From NCBI GenBank assembly GCA_046582655.1, contig JAYGDX010000185.1:32001-96000 (forward strand): a stretch of 64,000 bases of DNA, given 5' to 3'. The notes below the pieces were generated by a model that saw nothing but the letters and a program-made list of their open reading frames with translations, did no database searches and had not been told where the DNA came from. Shown piece after piece: positions 50,828 to 61,420 of this stretch. The DNA comes from Candidatus Poribacteria bacterium (lineage in GTDB: Bacteria; Poribacteria; WGA-4E; UBA9662). A program made the position numbers and the translations under genes. The stretch's first letter is position 1. The number at the start of each line of letters is the position of its first letter.

Positions 50828-52180
50828 ATGGTGAAAGATAGTGATATTCGTATTTTAGATGCGGAATATAATTTAGAGAAATATGATTATCGAACACCAT
50901 TAAAGTTTGGTGGTGTCCCAACAGATCATTGTGTGATATTCAATGTGAAAATCCAAGTCCGGACGCGTGACGGTGGGGAAGCCGAAGGATTTGGCTCGAT
51001 GCCACTTGGCAATGTATGGGCATTTCCTCCCAAGTACGTACCGTTTGATCAAAGTCTGGAAGCCATGAAAACAATCGCCAAGAGATCTGTTAAGTTAACA
51101 GGTCAATGCGACTTTGTCGGACATCCGGTTGATATATCGGAGATCTTAGAGGTCGAGTTTCTAAAAATCGCAGAAGAGGTTTCAAAAGAAATGGGTTTGG
51201 GTTTTCCTGTACCGAAGCTTTGTACGGCGGTAACAACAAGCCCTATAGATGCAGCCATCCACGATGGCTTTGGTAAAGCGAACGGTATCAACAGTTATCA
51301 TGGGCTTTCCCTAGATTATATGAATTGGGATCTCTCTCACTATCTCAATGACAGGTTCAGCGGAAAGTATCTCGATCAATACGTGCTGGAAACACCGCAA
51401 CCCAGAATACCACTCTATCATCTGGTCGGGGCTCTTGATCCATTGACCGACACAGATATTCCAAATCGGCTTAACGACGGCTTGCCGGAAACGTTACCAG
51501 AGTGGATTGTTTCAGACGGATTAACCCATCTCAAAATAAAGTTAAATGGGTCAAATCTAGATTGGGACGTAGATCGGGTGCTTTCTATCGAAAAGGTAGC
51601 AGCAGAAACACAGGCGAATCGCGGAATAGATCAATGGTTCTATTCGGCCGATTTTAATGAAACCTGCCAGAATGTCGAGTACCTACTAGAGTTTTTAGCC
51701 AAGATTGAAGAGGGAGAAGGAAATGCTTTTAATCGATTGGCTTATATTGAGCAACCGACAGATCGCGATTTGAAAGCACATCCAGAGAACAAAATGCATC
51801 AAGCTGCCAAAATCAAGCCCGTGGTAATTGATGAATCTTTGACTGACTTTGAGACATTCTTGTTGGCCCGTGATCAAGGCTATTCCGGTGTTGCATTAAA
51901 GGCATGCAAAGGTCAGTCGCAAGCGTTATTGATGGGAGCTGCTGCACAGGAGTATGGTATGTTCCTCGCGGTTCAGGACTTGACTTGTCCGGGATCATCA
52001 TTTTTGCATTCTGCGGGTATCGCTGCCCGTGTAAAAGGGATCACCGCGATTGAAGGCAACGGCCGTCAATTCTGTCCCATCGCCAATGAAGGTTGGAAAA
52101 ACAAATTCCCATCGGTATTCATGATATCAGATGGCACCATTGGTACCTATGCCCTGATTGGAAACGGGTTGGGTCACTAA
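50828..52180 (+). CDS. Enolase-superfamily (mandelate racemase/muconate lactonizing enzyme-like) protein
   Basis: HLKIKL (KxK), ADFNE, YIEQP, IDES and ALKACKG; strong GGAAGGAG RBS. Confidence 0.85.
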   Translation: MVKDSDIRILDAEYNLEKYDYRTPLKFGGVPTDHCVIFNVKIQVRTRDGGEAEGFGSMPLGNVWAFPPKYVPFDQSLEAMKTIAKRSVKLTGQCDFVGHPVDISEILEVEFLKIAEEVSKEMGLGFPVPKLCTAVTTSPIDAAIHDGFGKANGINSYHGLSLDYMNWDLSHYLNDRFSGKYLDQYVLETPQPRIPLYHLVGALDPLTDTDIPNRLNDGLPETLPEWIVSDGLTHLKIKLNGSNLDWDVDRVLSIEKVAAETQANRGIDQWFYSADFNETCQNVEYLLEFLAKIEEGEGNAFNRLAYIEQPTDRDLKAHPENKMHQAAKIKPVVIDESLTDFETFLLARDQGYSGVALKACKGQSQALLMGAAAQEYGMFLAVQDLTCPGSSFLHSAGIAARVKGITAIEGNGRQFCPIANEGWKNKFPSVFMISDGTIGTYALIGNGLGH

Positions 52181-52181
52181 A

Positions 52182-53429
52182 TCAGATCTGTGCATTTGCC
52201 ATAAACTGCGCGTAGATTTTCGTTGTCAGTATCAGATCGGAAATACTTACTCGTTCATCAATACCGTGAGCATTCTGTCCCCACGGTCCATAGCCGACTC
52301 CTAGCGTATTTCCGTCTTCGACGAAGTAATGTAGATCAGTAAATCCCGATGTCACGTCGAACTGGGCAGGCTCTTGACGGATCTGACTAACAATCTTCCT
52401 GAATGTCTGTGGGGGATTTTTATCAGAAGGAATGAAACATGGAGAAATCAACAGGATGGGGCTGAGTTCCACATTGAGATCTGGAATGGATTGGCGCGCT
52501 CCTTCGATGGCAGCCTGCAGTTCTGGCTCAATGTTTTCGATAATTTCGCTTGGTGTAACACGGCGGTCGATCGAAAACTTGGCCAAAGAGGGCACTGTAT
52601 TAATTTTATCTCCTGATGTCCCTTCAAAAACACCACCAATGTTAATTGTCGGTATTAACTCCCTACCAGCTGGTGTTTTGAATATTCGATCAGGATGATT
52701 AAACTTGCTTTTCAACGATTGTAGAGCGATAACCAACTCTGACATTTTTTCAAACGCGTTTAGTCCTCTATGTGGACGAGATCCATGTGCGGGCTTCCCG
52801 AAGACAAAAACATCTGCCCATAAAATACCGTTGTGACCACACCCTATGTTCAGTTTTGTGCCACCTTCACAATTAACTACGAAATCGGCATTCACCAACT
52901 TCTTTCGAACAATTTCGCCAACGCCGAGTTGGCCACCAATTTCCTCGTCACACGTAAATGAGCATTCAATATTAAAAGATGGATTAACTCTGTTTTCTCG
53001 GAGTGTTTGGATGGCAAAGAGAGTTGCCGCAATTGAATCCTTCATATCGTCTGATCCTCGACCATATAGCCAATCACCGTCGATCTGCGGATCGAATGGA
53101 TCTTGACTCCATCCATCGGATGTAGGAACGACATCAAAATGGGAGTTAAAGTGTACCGTTTTCTCCGCTCCGGTATTCCATTTTGCGATTAGATTCATCC
53201 GTGGATATTCGATTGCGTGAGGGAGATGCATTTGTGCTTCCTCTGTTGGTACGCGATGAATTTCTGTTCCTAGATCAAGTTCTCTACACCACCCCTCGAG
53301 CAGACCCACAATTTCTGCGTAGTTTGTACCGGGTGGGTTCACAGTTGGAATTCTGACAAGCGCCTGCAAGCGTTGGCAAAGACGGGGTACATTTCTATCA
53401 ATATAATCGTTTAATTTTACTATCGACAT
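52182..53429 (-). CDS. M20/ArgE/DapE family metallopeptidase or deacylase
   Basis: NSHFDVV, GRGSDDMK, DEE, CEG, PAHGS and AHGIDE. Confidence 0.9.
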   Translation of the reverse strand: MSIVKLNDYIDRNVPRLCQRLQALVRIPTVNPPGTNYAEIVGLLEGWCRELDLGTEIHRVPTEEAQMHLPHAIEYPRMNLIAKWNTGAEKTVHFNSHFDVVPTSDGWSQDPFDPQIDGDWLYGRGSDDMKDSIAATLFAIQTLRENRVNPSFNIECSFTCDEEIGGQLGVGEIVRKKLVNADFVVNCEGGTKLNIGCGHNGILWADVFVFGKPAHGSRPHRGLNAFEKMSELVIALQSLKSKFNHPDRIFKTPAGRELIPTINIGGVFEGTSGDKINTVPSLAKFSIDRRVTPSEIIENIEPELQAAIEGARQSIPDLNVELSPILLISPCFIPSDKNPPQTFRKIVSQIRQEPAQFDVTSGFTDLHYFVEDGNTLGVGYGPWGQNAHGIDERVSISDLILTTKIYAQFMANAQI

Positions 53430-53432
53430 ATT

Positions 53433-53813
53433 CTATTGGTCTGCAGTGTTAACCGAGAAATTTCTACTGGTGGCCGATCCGCTGGGATTTGAATTTATTG
53501 GTGGGGATGGTGGCACACTATCGGTTTTTGAGATGATAGTATTCAATGTAAACGTTTGACTGGTTATGGATGTGGCGAGGTAGGATCTTGTTTTGCGTGA
53601 TGACTGGCTTATACCCTTATTTGGAAATGGTTCTGTCGCTGGAAGTGATTCTGATTTAGTATTGAGATTAAAAGGTGTGCTAGAGACAGCAGTTCCGAGT
53701 GCACCTAAAGAGGAATCAGTTTTTGATAAAACTCGGTGGTCTAGTGAAATTGATAAACTGAGCCCAAAAACAAGTAGAATTCCGAAGGAAACGCGGACAA
53801 TATTTCTTGTCAT
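53433..53813 (-). CDS. Hypothetical secreted or membrane-anchored Ser/Thr/Pro-rich protein
   Basis: GGGAGA RBS, an N-terminal hydrophobic segment, and a stop 3 nt before the M20 gene start. Confidence 0.55.
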   Translation of the reverse strand: MTRNIVRVSFGILLVFGLSLSISLDHRVLSKTDSSLGALGTAVSSTPFNLNTKSESLPATEPFPNKGISQSSRKTRSYLATSITSQTFTLNTIISKTDSVPPSPPINSNPSGSATSRNFSVNTADQ

Positions 53814-53969
53814 AATTTTCTCCCTTAATTACAAAAACTGAGCGTAACAGATGGAATCTCGTCTGTCAATGTCAAAATCAAAGTGGCCTCAGGTGAAAAT
53901 CTGTGTTGCTATTAATATGGCATTTATCATGATGACGCGAATTTTAACTACATAAAAGTTAAGTTTAAC

Positions 53970-55184
53970 TCAATTGCTTAGCTTTTCAAGCAAGGTAGCG
54001 GCAAGTTTTTCCGCGAAGGCATCATCGTTAATATGGCTTTCCTCTTCAATGAGATTCACTTTCTGATCGAGGTTAGCCTTCAGATTTGCGGTCCATGCCT
54101 GAATTGCTTCTGGGGAATGGAATGGTTGACCGTCCATGTCAATTGCCGAAACACCTTTACTTGGAATTATAACTGTGGTAGAGGATTTTGCCCCGTTAAG
54201 TTTTTCAGCCATGATTTTACCGAGTGCTGTGTTTTCTTCAACCGTTGTTCGCATCAATGTCACCGTTGGGTTGTGTTGATAGAATTTCCGATCTTGAAAT
54301 TTTTCGGGAATGGTGTCTGGTGCGGCGAAGTTTACCATGTCTAATGCGCCTGGGGCGATGACTTGCGGAATACCAACTTCACCGGCGGCTTCAAGCCTAT
54401 TAGGTCCAGCACTTAGGACTCCGCCTACTAACTCGTCAGCTAATTCTGTTGTCGTAACATCAAGGACGCCAACAATAAATCCACCACGAATAAGGTCTTC
54501 CATCGCACGGCCTCCAGTTCCCGTTGCGTGGAAAATCAGTACTTCGTAGCCGTTATCTTCAAGGATTTCGCGTGCTTTGGTTACGCAAGGCGTAGTTACG
54601 CCAAACATGGTTGCTGCAATCAACGGTTTATCGACTTGATCTGACACCGGCGGTTCTGTGTTGACCATTCCGACAATAGCACTAGCCGCATTTGCCAGAA
54701 TCTGACGTGAGATACTGTTGATGCCGGCGATGTCAACAACAGAGTAAATCATGGCAATGTCTTTGGTTCCGACGTAAGGGCTGGTATCCCCAGACGCCAA
54801 TGTGGAAACCATCACTTTGGGTGTGCCAACTGGTAATGTGCGCATCGCAGTTGTCGCGATCGTTGTTCCTGCAGAACCGCCAAGTGATATTATGCCGTTG
54901 ATTTTCTTTTCATCCCAGAGTTGCGTGATAATTTGCGCTGCACCCTCTGCCATGATTGCTACGCTGTTTCCTCGATCAGCTTCTTGGCGTAGTTTCGCTA
55001 ACGAAGCTCCAGAAGCACTAGCGAGGTCATCAGCAGATATGTCTGGTTCGAACGGTGGCTCACTCAAAATTCCAGCGTTGACTGTAAGTGTTGAAACGTT
55101 AGCAGCTTCAATTTGATTTTTTAGAAACTGAAATTCTAACCCCTTGGTGTCAAAAGTGCCAACAAGACATACAGTTTTTCCCAT
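53970..55184 (-). CDS. UPF0261 / Tm-1-like ATP-binding domain protein
   Basis: GTFDTKGLE, GGSAGT, PKVMVST, TMFGVTT, FHATGTGG, GALDMVNF and HNPTVTLMRT. Confidence 0.92.
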   Translation of the reverse strand: MGKTVCLVGTFDTKGLEFQFLKNQIEAANVSTLTVNAGILSEPPFEPDISADDLASASGASLAKLRQEADRGNSVAIMAEGAAQIITQLWDEKKINGIISLGGSAGTTIATTAMRTLPVGTPKVMVSTLASGDTSPYVGTKDIAMIYSVVDIAGINSISRQILANAASAIVGMVNTEPPVSDQVDKPLIAATMFGVTTPCVTKAREILEDNGYEVLIFHATGTGGRAMEDLIRGGFIVGVLDVTTTELADELVGGVLSAGPNRLEAAGEVGIPQVIAPGALDMVNFAAPDTIPEKFQDRKFYQHNPTVTLMRTTVEENTALGKIMAEKLNGAKSSTTVIIPSKGVSAIDMDGQPFHSPEAIQAWTANLKANLDQKVNLIEEESHINDDAFAEKLAATLLEKLSN

Positions 55185-55272
55185 GTGATTATTTACCTCA
55201 TACGTTTCACTTATTTAATTCCATTTTAGAATGGTTACTGGGAATTGTCAAGATTCAGCGGGAGGACAAATC

Positions 55273-55780
55273 ATGATTTTAAGCGAGGTTTTCGATATTT
55301 GTAAGGATATTGAGCTAAGACACGCAAAATTATATGCGAATTTACCACTCATATTGGGCGAATTGGATGAGCGTGCTGCTGTATTTTGGGAAAGCATGAG
55401 TACTGCAGAGTGGCAACATTATATTATGGTTGATTTTGGGCGGTCAATCTGTGGGAGGACTGCCAAACTTTCATATTGATCAAATCTTTGAAATTCTCGC
55501 CCAAAAAGAGGCTAGGATCTTCAGAGAAGAACTTAGTTTTAAAGATGGATTCGAGATCGCTATTGAACTGGAGGGAACAGAATCAGATGACCTTTATATT
55601 TATCTAACCTCAGTTATTAAGCAAGCGGTTTATGAAAGAAATCAGCCATATTTGATGGATCGACTTAAAAGAATAGAAAAGGAGATGACGTCACATCATG
55701 TCAGTCTCATCGAAGCGACTAAAAAGCTTTCAAGAGACCCAGAACTTGTGCGGAGGGAAAATGCTCTTCTGCATCCCTAA
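55273..55780 (+). pseudogene. Ferritin/rubrerythrin-like four-helix protein split by a frameshift at about 55450
   Basis: Frame 1 gives IELRHAKLY...FWESMSTAEWQH. Frame 2 gives ...AIELEGTESDDLY...KEMTSHH. The GGAGG RBS precedes only the first part. Confidence 0.6.
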
Positions 55781-55906
55781 GTGATTGCTTAATTGGTAAA
55801 AAATGGGAACGATCAAAGCTTGTTTTTTAAACTAATCTGTGCTAAAATCGGGTTTTAACATCAGAAGTTAGGTGATCTGTAAAAGGTTGCCTCAGGAGAT
55901 CTCCGA

Positions 55907-57928
55907 ATGAGGAAATTGATTATAATTTTTCTTGCTGTATTACTTTGTTTTGTAGATTCAGTAACGTTTGGAGTTGGCTTCTTGAAATTTGAGCGTGAAT
56001 TCAGCGGAAAGGGATCTAGCAACGGTTTCTTTGGTAAAGATATAAACGTTGCTTTCGACGCTGATGGAAACACGTACGTTGCCGATAGCCAAAACCTCCT
56101 TATTCAGAAAATTTCTCCACAAGGCAATTTTTTAGATCAGATTCCGAAGGTAGGTGAGACTACTACTTTCAAGGAACTAGGTGATATTGCTGTTGATCCT
56201 ACCGGAAACATATATGTTGCTGATACAGCAGCCAACCATATAGCTGAGACCGAAAATCCCAAGATTTATATATTTGCTCCCTGCGTATATAAGTTCAATG
56301 CCTTGGGTGAAAAGGTGCATACCTATTTTGTAGGTAATGTCAATGTTCGTCCCAAGACAGTACTCCCAACCAAATTAATTATCGATGAGGCGGGTAAATC
56401 CGCTTTTGCCATACAATCACCAGGATACGACCGCCAAGTCAAGATAGCTGTTAACAGTGATAGTGAACTTTATATTCTGGATCCGGAAAAAACAAAGGTT
56501 CATAAATTCGCTGCCGACGGTGAGAAATTAATGTCTTTTAGCAGTTATGGAGCGGGTAATGGTGAAATTGACAAAGGAGCATCGGATATAGATGTTGATG
56601 CAGAAGGTAACGTTTTTATTGTAGACACCGGTAACCACCGCATTGTTAAGTTTAATTCCGAAGGGGAGTTTCTGCTTAATTTCGGCCTTCATGGGCGAGA
56701 TGACGGTGAATTTACCAAACCAAGTTCTATAGTTGTTTTGAACAATGGGAACGTGCTAGTTAAGGATGCCAGTACGTTCAAGCGATTTAATAAGAAATTA
56801 ACAATTGGTGACATATTAGCTGCATCATCCGCAGCTGGTGAATTAGCTGATCCTCTATCTAATTCCATGATGTTAGGTTCTGGAATCTTATCTAATCCTG
56901 ATTCATCGTTCGATCGAGCATTCAATGACTTCCCAACTACACAGTCTCAACTTGTTGAGCGAGTTCAGTTACTTGAAGAATTTGAATATCTTCGTAGATA
57001 TGAAGGGTATTACGATGAAGCAGGCAAAGATGCTGATAAAGATATTGATGCGGATCTGCAAGCTGAAGCAATTAAATCTACATATTGGCATCGAGTGATT
57101 TCGCGCATTCAGCACTTTGATGCCAACGGTAAGTATTTAGGCCGATTCTTATATAGTGTTGATAAACAAAATGAACAAGATCGAGATTTGAATTTCTTAA
57201 CTTTCGATCCATTTGGCAACATTTATCTTCGTGACGGTAGCGACTTTACTATTAAGCAATACTCAATCAGCGGTTTCACCATCAAAGCTTTGCAAGCCAA
57301 TGGCTTTTTTAACACTAACTTTAGTACATTTAATAATGAGATGCTGGAGGACTACGAAGATGTTGATAAGATTCCCGAGTTGCAAGACGAGATTGGGCAA
57401 ACCAGGTTAAGCAATTCACTTGGTATGATTTATAATATTTCTGAGAAATTGAATTTTGCATTCTTTGAGAATCCCACCTTCTCCAAGATGCAGGAACGTT
57501 ACAGCATCCTTAGTAAGAAAGAAGATAGTTATGAACTCGGTACTCTTTCATTTGACAACAGGACTGAGGCTTTCATAACGCTCGTCACCAATCCGAATCC
57601 TTACAAGTACAAGGAATTTAACCTTTACGCTGTGAAAATAGATGGTACAACTGATTTATTGAAGGAAGGTGCTTATCCTGAATTAAACAAGCAAAAAGAA
57701 ACGGATACTGGAAATAAGCATTCATATGGTTTCGGATTAAATTGGGACATTTTGCGTGAGAACAACACCAACATTAATTTTGGTGTTGGGTATGCTGAAG
57801 ATAATCCGGCCTATACAAGCAGGAACTTTGTGCGAGAGTATTTCGATGTTACCGGAGATAAGTACCAAGTGTTTGCCAGTCGAAATAAGAAAAGAAGTTT
57901 CAAGAGTAATTTGACGATTAGATTCTAA
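55907..57928 (+). CDS. Secreted NHL-repeat (6-bladed propeller) protein with a putative C-terminal outer-membrane beta-barrel
   Basis: Signal peptide, repeats such as DIAVDPTGNIYVAD and DIDVDAEGNVFIVDTGNHRIVKF, amphipathic strands near the C-terminus and a terminal Phe. Confidence 0.78.
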   Translation: MRKLIIIFLAVLLCFVDSVTFGVGFLKFEREFSGKGSSNGFFGKDINVAFDADGNTYVADSQNLLIQKISPQGNFLDQIPKVGETTTFKELGDIAVDPTGNIYVADTAANHIAETENPKIYIFAPCVYKFNALGEKVHTYFVGNVNVRPKTVLPTKLIIDEAGKSAFAIQSPGYDRQVKIAVNSDSELYILDPEKTKVHKFAADGEKLMSFSSYGAGNGEIDKGASDIDVDAEGNVFIVDTGNHRIVKFNSEGEFLLNFGLHGRDDGEFTKPSSIVVLNNGNVLVKDASTFKRFNKKLTIGDILAASSAAGELADPLSNSMMLGSGILSNPDSSFDRAFNDFPTTQSQLVERVQLLEEFEYLRRYEGYYDEAGKDADKDIDADLQAEAIKSTYWHRVISRIQHFDANGKYLGRFLYSVDKQNEQDRDLNFLTFDPFGNIYLRDGSDFTIKQYSISGFTIKALQANGFFNTNFSTFNNEMLEDYEDVDKIPELQDEIGQTRLSNSLGMIYNISEKLNFAFFENPTFSKMQERYSILSKKEDSYELGTLSFDNRTEAFITLVTNPNPYKYKEFNLYAVKIDGTTDLLKEGAYPELNKQKETDTGNKHSYGFGLNWDILRENNTNINFGVGYAEDNPAYTSRNFVREYFDVTGDKYQVFASRNKKRSFKSNLTIRF

Positions 57929-57935
57929 GTTTTGG

Positions 57936-58901
57936 TTATTCCTCCAGTAACGCCTTGGCTAAGATTTTATCTGCGACTTCCATTGTTTTGACGGCGTCAG
58001 AGAAATTTGATTCCGGTTGCTCACCCGATTTAATGCAATCGATAAAGTTCCGGTTTTTTGCTTGAAACCCACCAAAGATAAAGTTTTGATTACTTCCTGC
58101 CACTTCACACGTATCATATTCAATGCCACTGTAATCTCCATCTGCGTACAGGTATCCTTTCCCCTCGTGTTCCGCTTCAGCACAGATATTGGGTGCGTGC
58201 ATTTCTACCCTGAAAACACGACGACCGCTCGTCCAACTATTTTGGAGAATCCCGATAGTACCGTTATCAAAGTGTAGAAGTGCCATGATGAAATTAATGT
58301 CATGGTAGAGAACTGATCTGGCAATGCTATCAATTTTCACCACTTCACCGCCGCACATCCACCTTAGTGTGTCAATGGCATGAACGCCATCGTCCATCAT
58401 CCGGTCTCGCATGCCGAAAGTTGGACCATCTGTTTTATAGAAGGTACAAATGGCATGGGTAATAGGACCACGTTCAAGACACTTTTCGTGGAGCATCACT
58501 ACCATTGGACAGGATCTGCGCTGGAAACTTACTTGGGTAATGCAGTCGTTCGCCTCTGCGAGCTCTGCAAGGGATCTGGCTTGATGTATGGAAAGTCCCA
58601 TTGGTTTCTCAGTGTATAAGTTTAGGCCTTGATTGAGGCACCATGTCCAAATGTCATACATATAATGTGGTTGTCCAATGACATAAACACCATCTGGTGC
58701 AGTATCTTCAATCATTCTTACATAGTTTTCATACCGTTTCTCAACTTTATATGTGTCAGCGGTTGTATTTAGACGTTCCTTATTGAGATCGCAAATGGCT
58801 GCAATCTCCACATCATCAAATGAAGCAAGTGATGGGTAGTGGACACCATTAGCCATACCACCCGCGCCCACCATTGCAATTCGGATTTTCGATTCATTCA
58901 T
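57936..58901 (-). CDS. Gfo/Idh/MocA family oxidoreductase
   Basis: IRIAMVGAGGMA, YTEKP and DDGVHAID. Confidence 0.9.
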   Translation of the reverse strand: MNESKIRIAMVGAGGMANGVHYPSLASFDDVEIAAICDLNKERLNTTADTYKVEKRYENYVRMIEDTAPDGVYVIGQPHYMYDIWTWCLNQGLNLYTEKPMGLSIHQARSLAELAEANDCITQVSFQRRSCPMVVMLHEKCLERGPITHAICTFYKTDGPTFGMRDRMMDDGVHAIDTLRWMCGGEVVKIDSIARSVLYHDINFIMALLHFDNGTIGILQNSWTSGRRVFRVEMHAPNICAEAEHEGKGYLYADGDYSGIEYDTCEVAGSNQNFIFGGFQAKNRNFIDCIKSGEQPESNFSDAVKTMEVADKILAKALLEE

Positions 58902-58984
58902 ATTTAATCTCCAGCGTTGAACGAAATTTCATCTTAATCCTAATCCTGTATAAAAGGTTGAAGTCTTTGAGATTTCAGAGGAGT

Positions 58985-59308
58985 TTATCCTCCTTGTACG
59001 CTTTCATCTATCCACTTGAGATAATCTGGGTTCCCAGAAATGATTGGAACAACAGTGACTTCGCAGACATCATAGCTATGCAGTTTTTTAACTGTTTGGG
59101 TCAGTTGGCTTACAAGGCTTGATTTAGTCTTAATTATCATTTTTGCTTCAGTATCGTTTTCAATCTTCCCTTGCCAACGGTAAATTGAAAGGATTTCTGG
59201 CACGATGTTTACACACGCTGCAAGCTGTTGACCTACTAATACTTCAGCTATGTGTTTCGCCTCTTCTACACTTCTAGTTGTTATAAAAACAATTACGTGT
59301 TCGCTCAT
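58985..59308 (-). CDS. cutA: Divalent-cation tolerance protein CutA
   Basis: LAACVNI, SIYRWQGKIE, HSYDVCE and YLKWI. Confidence 0.92.
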   Translation of the reverse strand: MSEHVIVFITTRSVEEAKHIAEVLVGQQLAACVNIVPEILSIYRWQGKIENDTEAKMIIKTKSSLVSQLTQTVKKLHSYDVCEVTVVPIISGNPDYLKWIDESVQGG

Positions 59309-59432
59309 CGGTTTTGTCAATTAGATTACGCAGTACCATCTGCCATAGTGTTTAGTGGTACAGACTTCTGACAGTGCGCTTTAAAGAACCAGCATGATAG
59401 CAATCGGATTGAGATGTGTCAAGATTTTCATT

Positions 59433-59460
59433 TACATTGACAATTATACATTGACAATTA
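59433..59460 (+). repeat. 14-bp perfect tandem duplication containing a -35 box upstream of ffh
   Basis: tacattgacaatta occurs twice in tandem. A candidate -10 (TATCTT) lies at 59475-59480. Confidence 0.8.
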
Positions 59461-59532
59461 TTTCAATGGTAGTGTATCTTAAGCGAGGATTTTCCAAAGT
59501 ATTCTGAAGTTTGAAATCATTAAGTTGAACTA

Positions 59533-60909
59533 ATGTTCGAGAGTCTAACTGAAAAATTACAAAGCACATTCAAGAAACTGAGTGGGCAAGGCAAACTGAC
59601 CGAAAAGAATGTTTCTGATGCTCTACGTGAAGTTCGCTTTGCCTTGCTTGAAGCAGATGTCAGTTATAAGATCGTTCGTCAGTTTGTAGATGATGTTAAG
59701 GAAAGGTCACTTGGTCAAGAAATTCTTGGCAGTCTAACCCCCGAATTACAAATTGCGAAAATCATCGGTGACGAACTGACGAATCTGATGGGGCAGAAGT
59801 CGGAAAAAATTCAGGTTTCGCCTAGTGGAACGACAGTATTGATGATGGTTGGACTTCAAGGATCAGGCAAGACTACGGCATCTGCCAAACTTGCATTAAA
59901 ATTCAAAACAGAAGGGCGAAACCCCCTATTAGTTGCGGCTGATATCTATCGTCCGGCGGCGATTGAACAACTTCAGATCTTGGGTGAGCAAATTGAGATA
60001 CCTGTGTTCTCAATGGGTATAGATGTATCTCCGGTTTCGATTGCTCAAGCGGCGGTTGAACAGGCGATAAATCGTAGTAATACTTTCGTTATTATTGATA
60101 CTGCTGGTCGTCTGCATATCGATGAAGACCTAATGGGGGAATTGGAAAATATCCAGTCCTGTGTTAATCCAACGGAAACGCTCCTGGTTGTTGATTCAAT
60201 GACCGGGCAAGATGCAGTCAATGTTGCAGAACACTTTAGCAAGGATCTTGACATAACAGGTGTTATCCTGACCAAGCTGGATGGTGATGCCCGTGGTGGT
60301 GCCGCCCTTTCAATACGCGCGGCAACTGGTACTCCTATTAAGTTTGTCAGTACCGGTGAAAAGATCGATGGTCATACGTTGGAGGAGTTTTATCCGGATC
60401 GGATGGCATCCCGGATTCTTGGGCAAGGGGATTTCAAAACGCTTCTTGACCGAGCTGAATCGATCTTCAGTGAAGAACAAGCCAAGGAACTCGAAGAAAA
60501 ACTGATGAGCAAGAAAGGCTTGGACTTTAATGATATGTTAACCCAATTTGAACAAATTAATAAAATGGGTTCGTTGGATCAGTTGATTGGCATGGTTCCC
60601 GGCATGTCAAAGGCTTTACCGAAAGGGGCTCAGGTTGACGAGAATCAGATGAAATATGCAAAATCAATCATTCAATCTATGACACTGGGTGAACGTCGTA
60701 ATTACGCAATTTTAGATCGTTCCCGTCGGCAGCGAATCGCTAAAGGAAGCGGAACCAGAGTCAGTCAGGTCAACCAGTTGGTCAGTCAGCTAAAAATGAT
60801 GAATCAGATGTTTAACCAGCAAGCTGTCCATGCGCCTCAATTTGGACTGAGTATTGGGAAAGGCCCCAAAAACAAGCTGGCGCGAAAAAAAAGAAAACGT
60901 CGTCGGTGA
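59533..60909 (+). CDS. ffh: Signal recognition particle protein
   Basis: GLQGSGKTT, DTAGR, TKLDGDARGG and M-domain SMT..ER...RIAKGSG. Confidence 0.98.
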   Translation: MFESLTEKLQSTFKKLSGQGKLTEKNVSDALREVRFALLEADVSYKIVRQFVDDVKERSLGQEILGSLTPELQIAKIIGDELTNLMGQKSEKIQVSPSGTTVLMMVGLQGSGKTTASAKLALKFKTEGRNPLLVAADIYRPAAIEQLQILGEQIEIPVFSMGIDVSPVSIAQAAVEQAINRSNTFVIIDTAGRLHIDEDLMGELENIQSCVNPTETLLVVDSMTGQDAVNVAEHFSKDLDITGVILTKLDGDARGGAALSIRAATGTPIKFVSTGEKIDGHTLEEFYPDRMASRILGQGDFKTLLDRAESIFSEEQAKELEEKLMSKKGLDFNDMLTQFEQINKMGSLDQLIGMVPGMSKALPKGAQVDENQMKYAKSIIQSMTLGERRNYAILDRSRRQRIAKGSGTRVSQVNQLVSQLKMMNQMFNQQAVHAPQFGLSIGKGPKNKLARKKRKRRR

Positions 60910-60952
60910 TTTTGAACATAAATTAATTGAATAGAAATTAGAGGAGTGACTA

Positions 60953-61369
60953 TTGGCTGTTAAAATTAGACTGCAAAGACATGGGCGTAAAAAACGTCCA
61001 TTTTACCGCATCGTTGCTGCGGACTGCCGAAGCGCACGCAATGGTGCTTTCATTGAGAGACTTGGACACTATAATCCGTTAACTGATCCCGCAGAAATTG
61101 TTATTCATTCTGATAAAGCTCTCAAATGGCTTCGTAATGGAGCACAACCTACAGATACAGCAAAGAACTTACTGTCGAAGGTTGGTGTATGGAAAAGGTT
61201 TCACGACGAAAAACTTGGGCTTGCTTCAATTGATGATCCCTTTGTTGCAGTTGGCGTTGATGTGGTGGAAGGCTCGGCAGATCAGTCGAGTCTGGATGGT
61301 GAGGGGATATCGGCTGAGCCTGTCGACACCGACCAGTCCTTAGACTCCCAAGGGAACGAAGAAGAGTAG
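60953..61369 (+). CDS. rpsP: 30S ribosomal protein S16 with acidic C-terminal extension
   Basis: [20 protein letters not shown] and GAQPTDT. Confidence 0.96.
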   Translation: MAVKIRLQRHGRKKRPFYRIVAADCRSARNGAFIERLGHYNPLTDPAEIVIHSDKALKWLRNGAQPTDTAKNLLSKVGVWKRFHDEKLGLASIDDPFVAVGVDVVEGSADQSSLDGEGISAEPVDTDQSLDSQGNEEE

Positions 61370-61420
61370 TCAACTCTGGATCTTATGTAGCAAATCAAAT
61401 TAGATTTTCGACCGTTGCAA

